A model generated the notes under the pieces. That model saw only the letters and a list, made by a program, of their open reading frames with translations. It had not been told where the DNA came from and searched no databases. The position numbers were made by a program, and so were the translations under genes. This document shows, piece after piece, positions 39,217 to 51,807 of a stretch of 64,000 nucleotides of DNA (position 1 is its first letter; every line of letters starts with the position of its first letter). Origin of the DNA: Felis catus (taxonomy: Eukaryota). The DNA lies in contig NC_058368.1 in the NCBI RefSeq assembly GCF_018350175.1, positions 70,806,001-70,870,000 on the forward strand, in the 5' to 3' direction.

Positions 39217-39456
39217 GTGTGGCCTTAGAATTTGTCATCAAAATATGGCATTTTTGAGAGTGAAAGGGATGCTATTAATATTGACACGGTGGGGGGGGGC
39301 ACCTGGGTGGCTCAGTTGGTTAAGCATCCCACGTTTGATTTTGGCTCAGGTCATGATCTCACAGTTTGTGGGATTGAGCCCCATGTTGGGTTCTTCAATG
39401 ATAGTGCAGAGACTGCTTGGTATTCTTTCTCCCTCTCTTTCTGTCCCTTTTCTGCT

Positions 39457-39541
<85 letters not shown>

Positions 39542-39644
39542 CCAAAATAAATAGATGAACTTAAAAAAATAATTTTAATATTGACACTGGAACATTAGAA
39601 GTCAGCCAAGACTGTCCAGGCAAACCAGGGTTTGTGGTCACTCT
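39217..39644. mobile_element. MER94-like hAT-Blackjack element split by a Can-SINE (+ 39296-39570)
   Basis: tttttgagagtgaaaggg...ctattaat | gactgtccaggcaaaccagg...gtggtcactcta; SINE TSD TTAATATTGACAC. Confidence 0.6.
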
Positions 39645-39864
39645 ATATAGACAACACGTTATTTAGTGCCCTCACATATTTATTGTTATTTGTGAATTCT
39701 ATTACTTTTTGGAATGCAAGCTTCTGAAATGCAGAAATTAAAGCTACTAACCTTTAATCATACATTGTTTCATAAATATGGGCAACCATAACAGTAACTA
39801 CTTGGCTAAATCCAATTCTAGAATATAAGCATTTGTAGTCATTCTTAAAGGAGTGAAGCAGTTA

Positions 39865-40061
39865 TTTAAAATTTTTTTTAATGTTTTTATTTATTTTTGA
39901 GACAGGGAGAGACAGAACATGAGCAGAGGAGGGGCAGAGAGAGCGGGAGACACAGAATCCGAAGCAGGCTCCAGGCTCTGAGCTGTCAGCACAGAGCCTG
40001 CGTGGGGCTCAAACTCAAGCTGAAGTCAGATGCTCAACTGACTGAGCCACCCAGGCGCCCC
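39865..40061 (-). mobile_element. Can-SINE
   Basis: Antisense body; TSD AG(C/T)AGTTATTTAAA. Confidence 0.88.
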
Positions 40062-40387
40062 TTTAGTAGTTATTTAAATGCATTTATATGTAACACATGA
40101 AAGCCAAAAACAAACATTAAAATAAAGTATAAACCCATCCTTTTTGCCTATACAAGGTGACTATACTTTTAGAGCCACAGTTTGTTGTATGCACTGAGCA
40201 CATGATTTGAGTACATTTGTGGAAATGGGTAATTGGACAAAATATTTGAGATTGAAATTTTCTGGGAAAATGCTAGGCATGTGATTGCTCTACGTGTAGC
40301 TGAAAATGTATATTCTCTATGTAGTGTAGAGTTTAAACAGAATGATCTGATTTTAATCTAACTTTTTATACTTATAAAATTAAGTTT

Positions 40388-40790
40388 TGGGGCACCTGAC
40401 TGGCTCACTTGATAGAGCGTGTGACGCTTTTTTTTTTTTTTTTAAAGTTTATTTATTTTGAGAGACACAGCACAAGCTGGGGAGGGGCAGAGAGAGAATC
40501 CTAAGCAGGCTGCACCCTGCTGGCATGAGCCTGATGCAGGGTTTGATCTCACCAACTGTGATATCATGACCTGAGCTGAGATCAAGAGCCAGATGCTTAA
40601 CTGACTGAGCCACTCAGGCACCCTAAACTCTTGATCTCAGCTCAGGTCATGATCTCATAGTTAGTGGGATTGAGCCCTGTATCAGGCTCTATGCTGAGTG
40701 TGGAACCTGCTTAGGATTCTTTCTTTCCCTCTCTCTCTGCCCTACCTGGCTAATGTGCATGCACACTCTCTCTCAAAATAAACTTTTAAA
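40388..40790. mobile_element. Nested Can-SINEs (antisense copy 40428-40624 inside a sense copy)
   Basis: The sense head is interrupted after ...gtgacgc and resumes at actcttgatctcagctcaggtc. Confidence 0.85.
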
Positions 40791-40894
40791 ATAAAATTAA
40801 GTTTGATTCTTTTATTTTAGGTGTTTTTTAATCATGAAAACTGATGCTCAAAGTACCTATCAAAACAATTTTGTGTATTTTTCATATGAGGCAG

Positions 40895-41330
40895 TTTATT
40901 TATTTTTTAGAGAGAGAGCATGAGCAGGGGAGGAGGCAGAGAGGGAGAGAGATTTTTTTTTGTAGTTAGAGAACAAGCACAAGTGGGGGAGGGGCAGAGA
41001 GCAAGGGAGACAGAGAATCCCAAGCAGGCTCCACACTGTCAGTGCAGAGCCTGATGTGGGGCTCAATCCCATGAACGGTGAGTTCATGACCTGAGCCGAG
41101 ATCAAGAGCAGGACACTTAACTGACTGAGCCACCCAGGTGCCCTGAGAGAGAGAATCTTTTTTTTTTTTTCCAATATATGAAATTTATTGTCAAATGAGA
41201 GATAATCTTAAGTAGGCTCCACACTCAGCACAGAGCCCAATGTGGGGCTCAATCCCATGACCCTGGGATTATGCCCTGAGCCAACGTGAAGAGTTGGACG
41301 CTCCACTGACTGAGCCACCCAGGTGCCTCT
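40895..41330 (-). mobile_element. Can-SINE carrying a nested SINE (40955-41143) and a tiny L1 3' end (41160-41196)
   Basis: Repeated GAGAGAGA(A)T(C)TT junctions; the insert reads ATTTGACAATAAATTTCATATATTGG(A)n on the minus strand. Confidence 0.8.
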
Positions 41331-42349
41331 TTGTGAGGCAACTTAATAGACTGGACAGTTGCATACTTAACTATTTACTATGTTTGCTGATCTCATTATG
41401 GTTTTTAAAAATCATTTAGTTTGGAGCCAACTAAATGTCCCTATAGCTTTTGTATGTTAATTAACATAAAATGTCATCTTTAATGTTTCACCAACTTCAC
41501 CATGTTAGGCTGAAGATATTTTTTTTTTGTATCAGATACCTTTTTGTATTTTATTTAAATCCATATGTACTTGTTTTAAGTATTTGGAATTATTGTTAAG
41601 GCTAGTGGAAAATATTTAAGTGTAAAAATTTAGGGTTTTTTTCCACAGTGTTCTTTCAAGTAATTGATAGATGTGAAAAACATTTAGCAGGTTTTCTGCC
41701 TTTCTACCTTCTCTTAAGCTGTGCTTCTGAAGAAATATTTCTGCAGAACATACTTCAGTACTGCTGTATTATAGATGTAGCATCATCTAAAAGAAAAGGT
41801 TGAATGTGGGTTTGAAGTTGACAAGTGATGAAAAGTAGCCCTGAATTGTCAATTAGAAAGTGAAGGCCTGGAACCAATAACTTAATGGGCAGTACCCCCT
41901 GCTATTTTACCTTAAGGACTGTAGGATTTTTCTGTTCTGGAAATATGTATGTGTGCACCCAGTTATAGACATCTGTACATAAATACACACATGTATGAAT
42001 ATGGATATATGGGAGGAGGTGTAAATCTAAACTACTCACTGATACATCTCCTAAAAATACATTTCCTTTATGGGAAGACTTGCCAAAAAAATCAGTGCAT
42101 AACGTTAACTTTGTTTCATGATTATTGCTTCTCTAACATAGAACTTTCATTGGTTTTATGAACCATATTGACAAATGACAAATGTGAAAAATATGTAATT
42201 TTTGTGGAGTTTTTTCTGAAAATTCTTGCCTTCAATCCTGTGGGAAGTCTTTTTTCCAGTCACCAATGCAAGCATATAATCCTACATTGTTTGCAGTTTA
42301 TACAACCTCAGTTGATATATAGTATGCTTTTTGCTGATTTTAAAATATG

Positions 42350-42712
42350 AGTGGCACCTGGCTGGCTCAGTCAGTGGAGTGTACAAGTCTTGATATTAGG
42401 GTTGTAAGTTTGAGCCCCATGTAGGGCATAGAAATTACTTAAAAATAAAATCTTAAAAAATATATGAGTAGGGGTGCCTGGGTGGCTCAGTGGGTTAAGC
42501 ATTGATGCTTGATTTCAGCTCAGGTCATGATCTCATGGTTTGTGGAATTGAGCCCCACATCTGGCTCTGTGATGACACCATGGAGCCTACTTGAGATTCT
42601 CTCTCCTTCTTTCTCTGCCCCTCCCCTGCTCATGTGTGTGTGAACCCTCATTCCCTGCCCCTCTCTCTCAAAAACTTAAAAAAAATGAGTAATCATTTAA
42701 ATGTTTATTTAT

Positions 42713-42757
<45 letters not shown>

Positions 42758-42882
42758 ATCCCAAGCAGGCTCCACGCTCAGTGGAGAGCCCAACACAGGG
42801 CTTGATCCCATGATCTTGAGATCACAACCTGAGCCAATATCAGAAGTCACACACTTAACTGACTGAGCCACCCAGGCACCCC
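42350..42882. mobile_element. Three Can-SINEs: short + (42350-42462), + (42471-42690), - (42695-42882)
   Basis: SINE bodies seen directly; the last two are tail-to-tail. Confidence 0.88.
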
Positions 42883-43174
42883 TGAGTAATTAATCATTTA
42901 TAAACTAGGTTAAAATGAATTTTAAGTGGATAAGGTGGGAATCCAGATGAACCAAAGCTATTTATATTGCATTGGCACTATATACATCTTTCCATTATTT
43001 ATTATGCCAATAAAAAAATCACTTTATTAAAAATAGTCCTACAATAAAAGAAGGGATGAAAATACAGAAATAAAAAGTCCAAGATGAATTCAGTAGTGTT
43101 TGTTGTTTCTGAGAGTGGTGTACGTCCTTTTCTTGAAATGTCAATTCAAATTAAACCTTTTAAAATTAAATCTG

Positions 43175-43780
43175 AGGAGTGCCTAGGTGGCTCAGTCAGT
43201 TAAGTATCTGACTTCAACCCAGGTCATGATCTCATGGTTCCTCGGTTTGAGCCTGGCGTCGGGCTCTGTGCTGACAGCTTGGAGCCTGGAGCATGCTTCA
43301 GATTCTCTGTCTCCCTCTCTCTCTGCCCCTCCCCTGCTCATATGCTCTCTCTCTCAAAAATAAATGTTAAAATATTTTTTAAATTACATTTGAAAATAAT
43401 GTTCCCCAGTTTTTTGAATGGAATTTTAATTTTATTTATTTATTTTTAAGATTTTATTTTTAGGCGCACTTGCGTGGCTCCGTTGGTTTAGCAGTAGCTC
43501 TTTGTTTCAGCTCAGGTCATGATCTTGCGGTTCATGAGTTTGAGCCCAGAGTTGGGCTCCGCAGCTGGCAGCACGAAGCCTGCTTGGGATTCTCTCTCTT
43601 TCTCTCCCTCTCTCTCTGCCCCATCCCCACTCACGCTGTCTCTCTCAAATAAATAAATAAACTTAGAAAAGGGATATGTTAAAAAAATAGATGTCCAACG
43701 TGGGGCTCAAACTTATGACCCCAAGATCAAGAGTAAAATACTCTACTGACTGAGCCAGCCAGGTGACCCTGAATGGAATT
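43175..43780. mobile_element. Can-SINE cluster (+ 43175-43380; + 43463-43665 nested in a short antisense SINE)
   Basis: SINE bodies; outer TSD TGAATGGAATTTT. Confidence 0.85.
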
Positions 43781-44260
43781 TTTAAATACAATTTGACAGT
43801 ATGCAAAAAATGCATACCTGTGCTAGTGAAAATCCTTAGGACACATATCAGAGATGACTCCCCCAGGAAGAACTTGTAGAAGGGTCCCAAGTTCTCAGAC
43901 ATAGTGCAAGATTCTGAGAGATTGTTGGGAAAGATCCTCATTTCTGACCTCTGACTTTAGGTAGGTTTGGTTTAGAGGCCCACTCTCACTGGGGAGGGTA
44001 AGGGCCTCATCCTGTGGGCACTCTGACCCTTCAGTACTGCATCTTTGGCCAATGTGTACCTCCTGTGAGGATGGGAATATTCAGTCACTGTTAGCCAAAG
44101 CAGGCACGGGAGGGCTTGGCCAATGGTTGTAGGTGGATTGCTTGAATCTGCCAACAGCATGAAAACGAGAACATTGGCCCCTTTCTAATCTACTGAACTC
44201 AAGTGCTTATTGGGCATGATCTTCACGAGGACTTCACCCTGGGCTCATGAGGTTCCTGTC

Positions 44261-44351
44261 AGGCACTTACTTGTCTCTGGAGTCCCCAGAATCATCCATT
44301 CATCCAGAGTCTTTGACTTTTGTCTGGAGAGAAAAAGCAGGAGGTCTGTAT
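44261..44351 (+). other. Diverged orthologue of the human MIR4306 locus (probably not a functional miRNA)
   Basis: AGGCACTTACTTGTCTCTGGAGTCCCCAGAATCATCC...TCTGGAGAGAAAAAGCAGGAGGTCTGTA aligns by eye with the recalled hsa-mir-4306 precursor, which lies in CLYBL intron 1. Here it is ~35 kb downstream of exon 1. Confidence 0.65.
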
Positions 44352-47300
44352 GAAGGGGCTACCAGGCTTGGGGTACTGTGCTTCTGCTTCCTGAGGCTGT
44401 GCCTAGTGGATAGCAATGACCTTCTGACCACTAGCTACCGTTTGCATGCTGCTCCAGTAGTGAAAGCCCAAACATTGATTAAATTATATCGATGTGTTCT
44501 GAATATCCAGGAACACTTTTTTTTTTAAGCTTTATAGATGATCAGGCTTGTTGTCAGTATGATTTGTAGTGTCTGTAATTATCCAGATCCTCTCATGTTT
44601 TCTGCCCAAACCTATATCTTTGACCAAGTAGAGAAGGAAGAGAACCTACTGATAAAACAGGTTGGAGCCTGCACATGGATGCATGCATCTCTGACACATT
44701 TGCAGGAAATTGTCTCACTTTAATCTTTTTATTCATAATTACATCACAATTGAGGCATTTAGTATACAAGTTGAAGAAACACATGACCAGCTACTGCTCA
44801 CTACCCTTTGCTCCTCAGTTTGGATTATCCAGGGCAATGGTGCTTTACACTGGGGATCCCAATAAATGAGCTGGAAACTAATTTATTAGGTCATGAGAAG
44901 CATTTAAAAAGTGAATTGTAAGAGAAGTTATTCTAGTCAGAGTACATCACATGTTGAATTTCATTTTATAAAACTTTTGTTTCTTTTAATTTGTGAGGGG
45001 GGGTGTTTCTGGGCTCTCAGTATAAAATATGTTTCTTCCTATGAGTTGCAGTAAAAAAAATTTTTTTTTTTGGAAAATGCTTCATTGGAGGAATTTCTGA
45101 TCCAGGGAGATGGCTTTCCTTCAGGGGGTATGGGGCACCATAAGCTACTAGCAGTTTCCTGGTTATCTTTTTTCCTGTAGCTGTGGAGTTCCCCAGTTTA
45201 AACTCAGCTTCTTTTCCCATGAACATGCTGTTATATAGTGTTTGGGAGATTGTGGAGTTAAATGGGTTTTTGTAGGCTCTCTTGGGGCCCTGTCATTTGT
45301 AACATCTTTTCCATTGGGAAAAATTCATTTTCAGCTCCAAAGAAGCAAGTTCTTGGTGATTTTTTTTTTAAAGCAGAACTCTGTCATTAATTGGGAACTA
45401 CTTTTATACACTTTTCTGTATTATATAATAGTAAAATCTATTTGTACCTTAAGCATTCTGTCACACTCCTTTACCCCTTTTTCATTTCTGATGAAGAGTG
45501 ATGTGTTTTAGGAGCTCTGGGTGGCCTGGGGTAAGTGGTGTCGCTGACAGCACTTCTGAAGAGGGAGGCTGACAAGCCCAAAGGTCAGAACATCTGTGTG
45601 TCCGCACCCCTTAATGAGTCTCCGAAGAAAAGCATCTTCTTGCACGTGCAACAGTTGATAATCATCAGGTTCCTTTTACCATTGAAGCCAGTGTGGCCCT
45701 ATGTTAATATAAGGTGCTCTTTACAAAGGCACACTCATACCAGATCTGCCTGGTGTTCATTCACTAGGCATTGATTGAGTACCTTTTCTGTGCAAGGCAC
45801 TCCTTAGGTCCTGGGATGAGGCAGTGGGCAATGTGGACAGGGACCCTGCCCAGGAGCTGCCCCAACAGTGAGCCTGCTCTTGGTTGGTCTCACACTTTGG
45901 CCTTTTGTTCATTGGGCTTGTTGGAGACAAGCTGTACAACAGATTTATCCTTCCAAAGTAGTAGCTGGGCCCAAGGACTGCTCTGTCCTCACCTTAAGTG
46001 GGGCTAGGTGTCGAGCATGTTAAAGGCTTGTGAGAGAGAAGGGAGTTTGTTCTTGGGAAATGCTACAGATTCTTTGAAGAACAAAAACTTTAATAAGATT
46101 TTTGAGAGCTCAACAAAACAATAGGTGGGGCACAAGCTGTAGACAGTAGTCAGAGAAGACAATGTGCATCAAATCAAGATTTATTGCTCTAGTCTCTGAA
46201 AAGCCTTCTTAGGGAAGCATCCCACCCCCATCTATAGCCTCCTGATTCCATAATATCTAACCCCTTACGAAATCTATCCACATTATTCTGCTACCCCTTC
46301 CCTACCAGCACAACTTCATGGTAGGAAGAACTTATTTCACTGCCTGTTTTTCCTGAGGTTTATAAAAACAAAACGTGTGAAGGGAATGTATGCTGATTCT
46401 CTTGGGACTAATTAAACAAACAGATTCAGGGAAAGAAAGCAGAGAAGATGTAGTATAGTTAAGATGTAAAAAATGTAATTTTCAGGATAACAGCCGTCAA
46501 TTTTTCCACTCGAGTGTTTTTCCAAAGGGCAGAGGGCAAAAAGCGTCTTACGTCCTCTCAAAGCTGAGACACATTTCAACATGGAGATGTTAGAAGCAAA
46601 TTTGGTGCCCAAGACAGGTGCCAGATTTTAATTACAGTTGGCATTTCTGAGCATGCTTTTGGCAGAGGTGGCCATCTTGTTGGAAAAGCCATAGATTTTG
46701 ACACTAGCAGTATGGGTGCCCAGTTAAAAATGATTGAAAATAATTTCCCTCCTATTTTCATCATGTTGGTTGTGAGAGAAAACTTCAGTGGTTAATATTT
46801 AAACAAGATACTCTCTGTTCAGAGAAAACAGTTGTTCATTGGAATTGTCTTGGTGGTTTGGAGCGTTAGCTCTGGGGGTAATAATTTCTATCTCAGAGCC
46901 TTTGAAAAACCCCAGTTAAAACAATAAAATAGGATGTTTCATTATAAGAAATGAAGTTGGCATGTACCAGGTTTTCCATTAAGTTCCAGGTCACAGACAA
47001 ATAAAGTATGTTCGGGAGAAAAATCCTTTTTAAAAATAATTAGGGAGCTGTCTGTTTTGTTCACCAGATGGAAAATCCGTAGTTGTGGGTGGTCTGTGTT
47101 GGAGAGGGCATCTCACAATTGGCAGGACCATGCCTTTAACTTTTCAAGTCCTAGGACAAAAATCTAAATGCCACTGACTGTTCAGAAGGCTCCCAATATG
47201 TATTAGCCCTTGTAGGGCTCTGCTTCCTAAATTTTACCAGGTTTCTAAAAGAGTGTATAGGTAAATTGATTATGGAATGCCAAAATAAATGGCCTGTTGT

Positions 47301-48411
47301 TCTTTGAATTCTGAAACAGTTTTCCTGTCAGTCCTTGTTTTCTGTGACTTTTCTCGCTGTCAATACATTACGATGATAATGTGATTAGTGGAACCGCCTG
47401 CATTACTATTTAGAAGCCCCTTTTTATTACACTAATGTATTCCAGAGCAGATAGGATGGCCAAATGTGCCTGAAGCTTAAGAAATCATCCTAAGATTGTT
47501 GCTCATTGAAGAAAAATATCGTACCTTCATCAGTGTTTAAGGTCTTTGTATTGTTTTGATAATCTGAGGAAATTAATTCAGCAAAAAAATATGTATGCTT
47601 TTCTTACTGCTTGCTTGGACTTATAATAGAAAGTTAGCATCTAGCTTTGCTAGTAGTCTTTTTACATGTACCAAAATACCATTTTTTAGCCCGATTTTAC
47701 ATGTTACATGGCTTTCCATCTGCAAATCAGACTTTGAAATGAATGTTTTATGTTTGAACATAAGGTTGTGTATGTATGTTTATGTTAATATTTCATTCAT
47801 AAATTTAACCCTTCCCAAATCAAAAACTGTTCATGATTATAGGACAGTTAAATTGATAAAAATAATTTTGGATGCATAAATGCATAAACTCTCAAATTGA
47901 GTGAGGAAAAAAAGCCCTGGAATGTAAATCATTTTTTTTCGGACAGCAAATGTTTGGCTTTGGATGTACTATGATATTCTGCCTGTGTGTAGTAAAAATG
48001 GCAATGATTTATTAGTCCCATATCCCCCCAGCACAGATGCCGCACAGTCTGGCCCTTTTCTGGGCACTAAACACTGGGTTTTAAAAAAACATAATTTCAC
48101 TCAAGTTTTCTGCTTGTGTTCTGTGTTGTACTATTAATAGCAACCCTTTGTTGCTGGTGCCAGCTCTCTGCTAGCATAAGACAATGATGCGTAGGAACCA
48201 GTTTTAACTAAAATACTGTAATTGGCACCCACTTTTCATATATAGTCCAGGTGCAGTTCTGTGAAGACTACAAAGACCCTTAAAACTTATGTCATGAAGG
48301 TAGAGAAGCTAAACAAATGTAGCAGTTCAGTAGACTGCAGTGCACTTACCTTTGCAATGTCATTGTTGCTTTGGCAAATCTTACTCATTTGCTGTTAAAA
48401 GGGGATAAAGG

Positions 48412-48631
48412 GGGGCGCCTGGGTGGCGCAGTCGGTTGAGCGTCCGACTTCAGCCAGGTCACGATCTCGCGGTCCGTGAGTTCGAGCCCCGCGTCGGGCT
48501 CTGGGCTGATGGCTCAGAGCCTGGAGCCTGTTTCCGATTCTGTGTCTCCCTCTCTCTCTGCCCCTCCCCCGTTCATGCTCTGTCTCTCTCTGTCCCAAAA
48601 ATAAATAAACGTTGAAAAAAAAATTTTTTTA
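48412..48631 (+). mobile_element. Very young SINEC_Fc
   Basis: CpGs intact; perfect TSD AAAAGGGGATAAAGG at 48397-48411 and 48632-48646. Confidence 0.95.
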
Positions 48632-49284
48632 AAAAGGGGATAAAGGGTGGGGAAAATTTGAAACATTGATGAAGAACTTAAATGGTCTGTGATTCTTCAG
48701 AAGAAAAACATTTTTTCTAGAGGGGAATTAATAAAGAACAACGTTGGAAACCTCAGGTTTTACCCTCTTTCCCCTCACTGCTCAGGAATCAGAAACTGTA
48801 TTGCTAATTCTCAGTCTGAGAGGAGGTTGAGTCTTGATTTGGCCAAAGGTAAATGTGTTTACTGAGGAGTAAGGCAAGCAGGGAAGCCTCTGTGTTTGGT
48901 GTATTGTTCTGGTCATTGCACCACTCAAGGCAATGCCTCTGAGGCCACATTTCCATATTTCATGGCTGAAATCTTTGGAGTTCCATCCAACTTCTCAGAT
49001 TCTGTGTCTCTCTACCATGGCTCCTGGCCATCCCTTCCTCACTGCTATCCCAGCTCATCACTCTCTCCTCTTGCCTGGTCTCTCCTCCCTCCTGTCTTCC
49101 AGAAGGAGGTCTCTGAACACAAGTCTCATTGCTCTACTCTTCAAAGTTTCAGTAGTTCCCAACACTAAGAATGAAGACCCTCCATGGCCATACAGTGATA
49201 CAATGTCCTTTATTCCCTGACTCCAAATTACCTTTCCAGAATCGTCTTCCCATACCATGTACCTGAGTCACATTAAAATTGTTG

Positions 49285-49478
49285 CTTTTTTAAAAAAGTT
49301 TATTTATTTTGAAAGAGAGAGGAGGGGAGGGGCAGAGAGAGAGAGCGTGAGCATCCCAAGCAGGTTCCACACTGGAGTGTGGAGCCTGATGCCAGGCTCA
49401 AACTCATTAACTGTGAGATCAGGACCTGAACTGAAATCAAGAGTTGGATGCTTAACCGACTGAGCCACCCAGGCACCC
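49285..49478 (-). mobile_element. Can-SINE
   Basis: Antisense body; TSD TTAAAATT(G/C)TTGCTTTT. Confidence 0.9.
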
Positions 49479-49827
49479 TTAAAATTCTTGCTTTTAATGA
49501 GCCCTCTGCTCCCCCAATCCCAGCTCTTGCCCATCTCCTTGCCATTGCTCATTCTGTTCCTACTCCTTATAGTGCCCTTCTTCCTATATTCTACTTGGTG
49601 AAATCCTGATCAAATATCACCTTCCTCTTATGGTATCTTATCAATCACCCACACTCACCCTGCTATCATGCACCCTTACTCTGCATCTCTATAGTTTTGT
49701 TCATGTACTTTGTACCCTATTTTGTCTCCCATATTACATTAAATCTCCTGAGGATAAGGCTAGTCCTTGTACTTGTTTGAAAGCCAGCACCTATCTTGGT
49801 GCTGAGTATGTGACAAGAAGAATAAAT

Positions 49828-50036
49828 ATATTTTTTTAATGTTTACTTATTTATTTTGAGAGAGAGAGTGTGGGCAGGGGAGGGATAGAGAAAGAGAGGG
49901 AGAGAGAGAATCCCAAGCAGGCTCCTTGCAGTCAGTGCAGAGTCTGACATGGGGCTTGATTCACAAACCATAAGATCATGACCTGAGCTGAAATCAAGAG
50001 CCAGTTGCTTAACTGACTGAGCCACCCAGCCTCCCC
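49828..50036 (-). mobile_element. Can-SINE
   Basis: Antisense body; TSD AAGAATAAAT. Confidence 0.9.
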
Positions 50037-50145
50037 AAGAATAAATGTTTTTTAATTTAATGGAATTCTAGGTTATGGCTTTCTATCAGTTAAGATTCTT
50101 GGTTAAGCAACAAATACTGAATCAGGCTCTTTTAAGGCAACAACA

Positions 50146-50665
50146 TTTTTTTTTTTTTTTTAAATAAGCTGTACACCCAGTTTGGGGCTTGAACTCATCA
50201 TGCCAAGATCAAGAGTCACATGCTTTATGGACTGAGCCAAACAAATGAAGGCAACAAAGAAAGAATTTTTTTTTTTAAGAGACAGAGTAGGCACAGGAGA
50301 GGGGCAGAGGGAGAGAAAGAATCTTTTTAAATTTTTAAATTTATTTTTAGAGAGAGGGAGAAAAAGTACACACATGGGAGAGGTAGAGAGTGAAGGAGTG
50401 AGAGAATCCCAAGCAGGCTCTGCACTGTTAGTGTGGAGCCCAATGTGGGGCTCAAACTCACAAACCAGGAGGTCATGACCTGAGCTGAAATCAAGAGTCA
50501 GACACTTAACCGACTGAGCCAGCCAGGCATCCTGAGAGAGAGAATCTTGAGGCTCCATGCTCAGCAAGGAGCCCGACTGGGGGCTTGATTCCCCGACCCT
50601 GGGGTCATGACCTGAGCCAAAATCAAGAGTTGGATGCTCAATTGACTGAACCACCCATGTGCCCC
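50146..50665 (-). mobile_element. Short SINE (50146-50240) plus a SINE with a nested SINE (50267-50665; inner ~50324-50533)
   Basis: Antisense SINE bodies separated by AAGGCAACAA repeats. Confidence 0.85.
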
Positions 50666-50684
50666 AAAGGCAACAAAAATTCTT

Positions 50685-51088
50685 TTTTTTTTAATTTAAT
50701 TTTTTATTTTTTAAAATTTGCATCCAAATTAGTTAGCATATAGTGCAACAATGATTTCAGGAGTAGATTCCTTAGTGCCCCTTACCCATTTAGCCCATCC
50801 TGCCTCCCACAACCCCTCCAGTAACCCTCAGTTTGTTCTCCATATTTATGAATCTCTTCTGTTTTGTCCCCGTCCCTGTTTTTATATTTTTGTTTCCCTT
50901 CCCTTATGTTCATCTGTTTTGTCTCTTAAAGTCCTCATATGAGTGAAGTCATATGATTTTTTCTCTGATTAATTTCACTTTCTGATTAATTTCTCTGATT
51001 AATTTCACTTAGCATAATACCCTCCAGTTCTATCCATGTAGTTGCAAATGGCAAGATTTCATTCTTTTTGATGGCTGAGTAATACTCC

Positions 51089-51146
<58 letters not shown>

Positions 51147-51807
51147 CACACACACACACACCCCACATCCTCTTTATCCACTCATCCATTGATGGACATT
51201 TGGGCTCTTTCCATACTTTGGCTCTTGTTGATAGTGCTGCTATAAACATGGGGGTGCATGTGTCCTTTCGAAATAGCACACCTGTATCCTGTGGATAAAT
51301 GTCTAGTAGTGCAATTGCTGGGTCGTAGGGTAGTTCTGTTTTTAATTTTTTTTTCCAACGTTTATTTATTTTTGGGACAGAGAGAGACAGAGCATGAATG
51401 GGGGAGGGGCAGAGAGAGAGGGAGACACAGAATCGGAAACAGGCTCCAGGCTCCGAGCCATCAGCCCAGAGCCTGATGCGGGGCTCGAACTCACGAACCG
51501 CGAGATTGTGACCTGGCTGAAGTCGGACGCTTAACCGACTGCGCCACCCAGGCGCCCCTGTTTTTAATTTTTTGAGGAACCTCCATGCTGTTTTCCAGAG
51601 TGGCTGCACCAGCTTGCATTCCCACCAGCAGTGCAAAAGAGATCTTTTTTCCCACATCCTCACCAACATCTGTTGTTGCCTGAGTTGTTAATGTTAGCCA
51701 TTCTGACAGGTGTAAGGTGGTATCTCATGGTGGTTTTGATTTGTATTTCCCTGATGATGAGTGATGTGGAGCATTTTTTCATGTGTCAGTTGGCCACCTG
51801 GATGTAG
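50685..51807 (-). mobile_element. 5'-truncated feline L1 with a nested young SINEC_Fc (51352-51558)
   Basis: ORF2 C-terminus [42 protein letters not shown]...KKNEILPFATTWIELEGIMLSEI; perfect TSD GGCAACAAAAATTCTT at 50669-50684 and 51808-51823. Confidence 0.92.

Noticed and set aside
50986..51669. 227-aa minus-strand ORF
   Set aside because: A chimera of the L1 ORF2 C-terminus, an inserted SINE and a (CA)n tract; not a gene.
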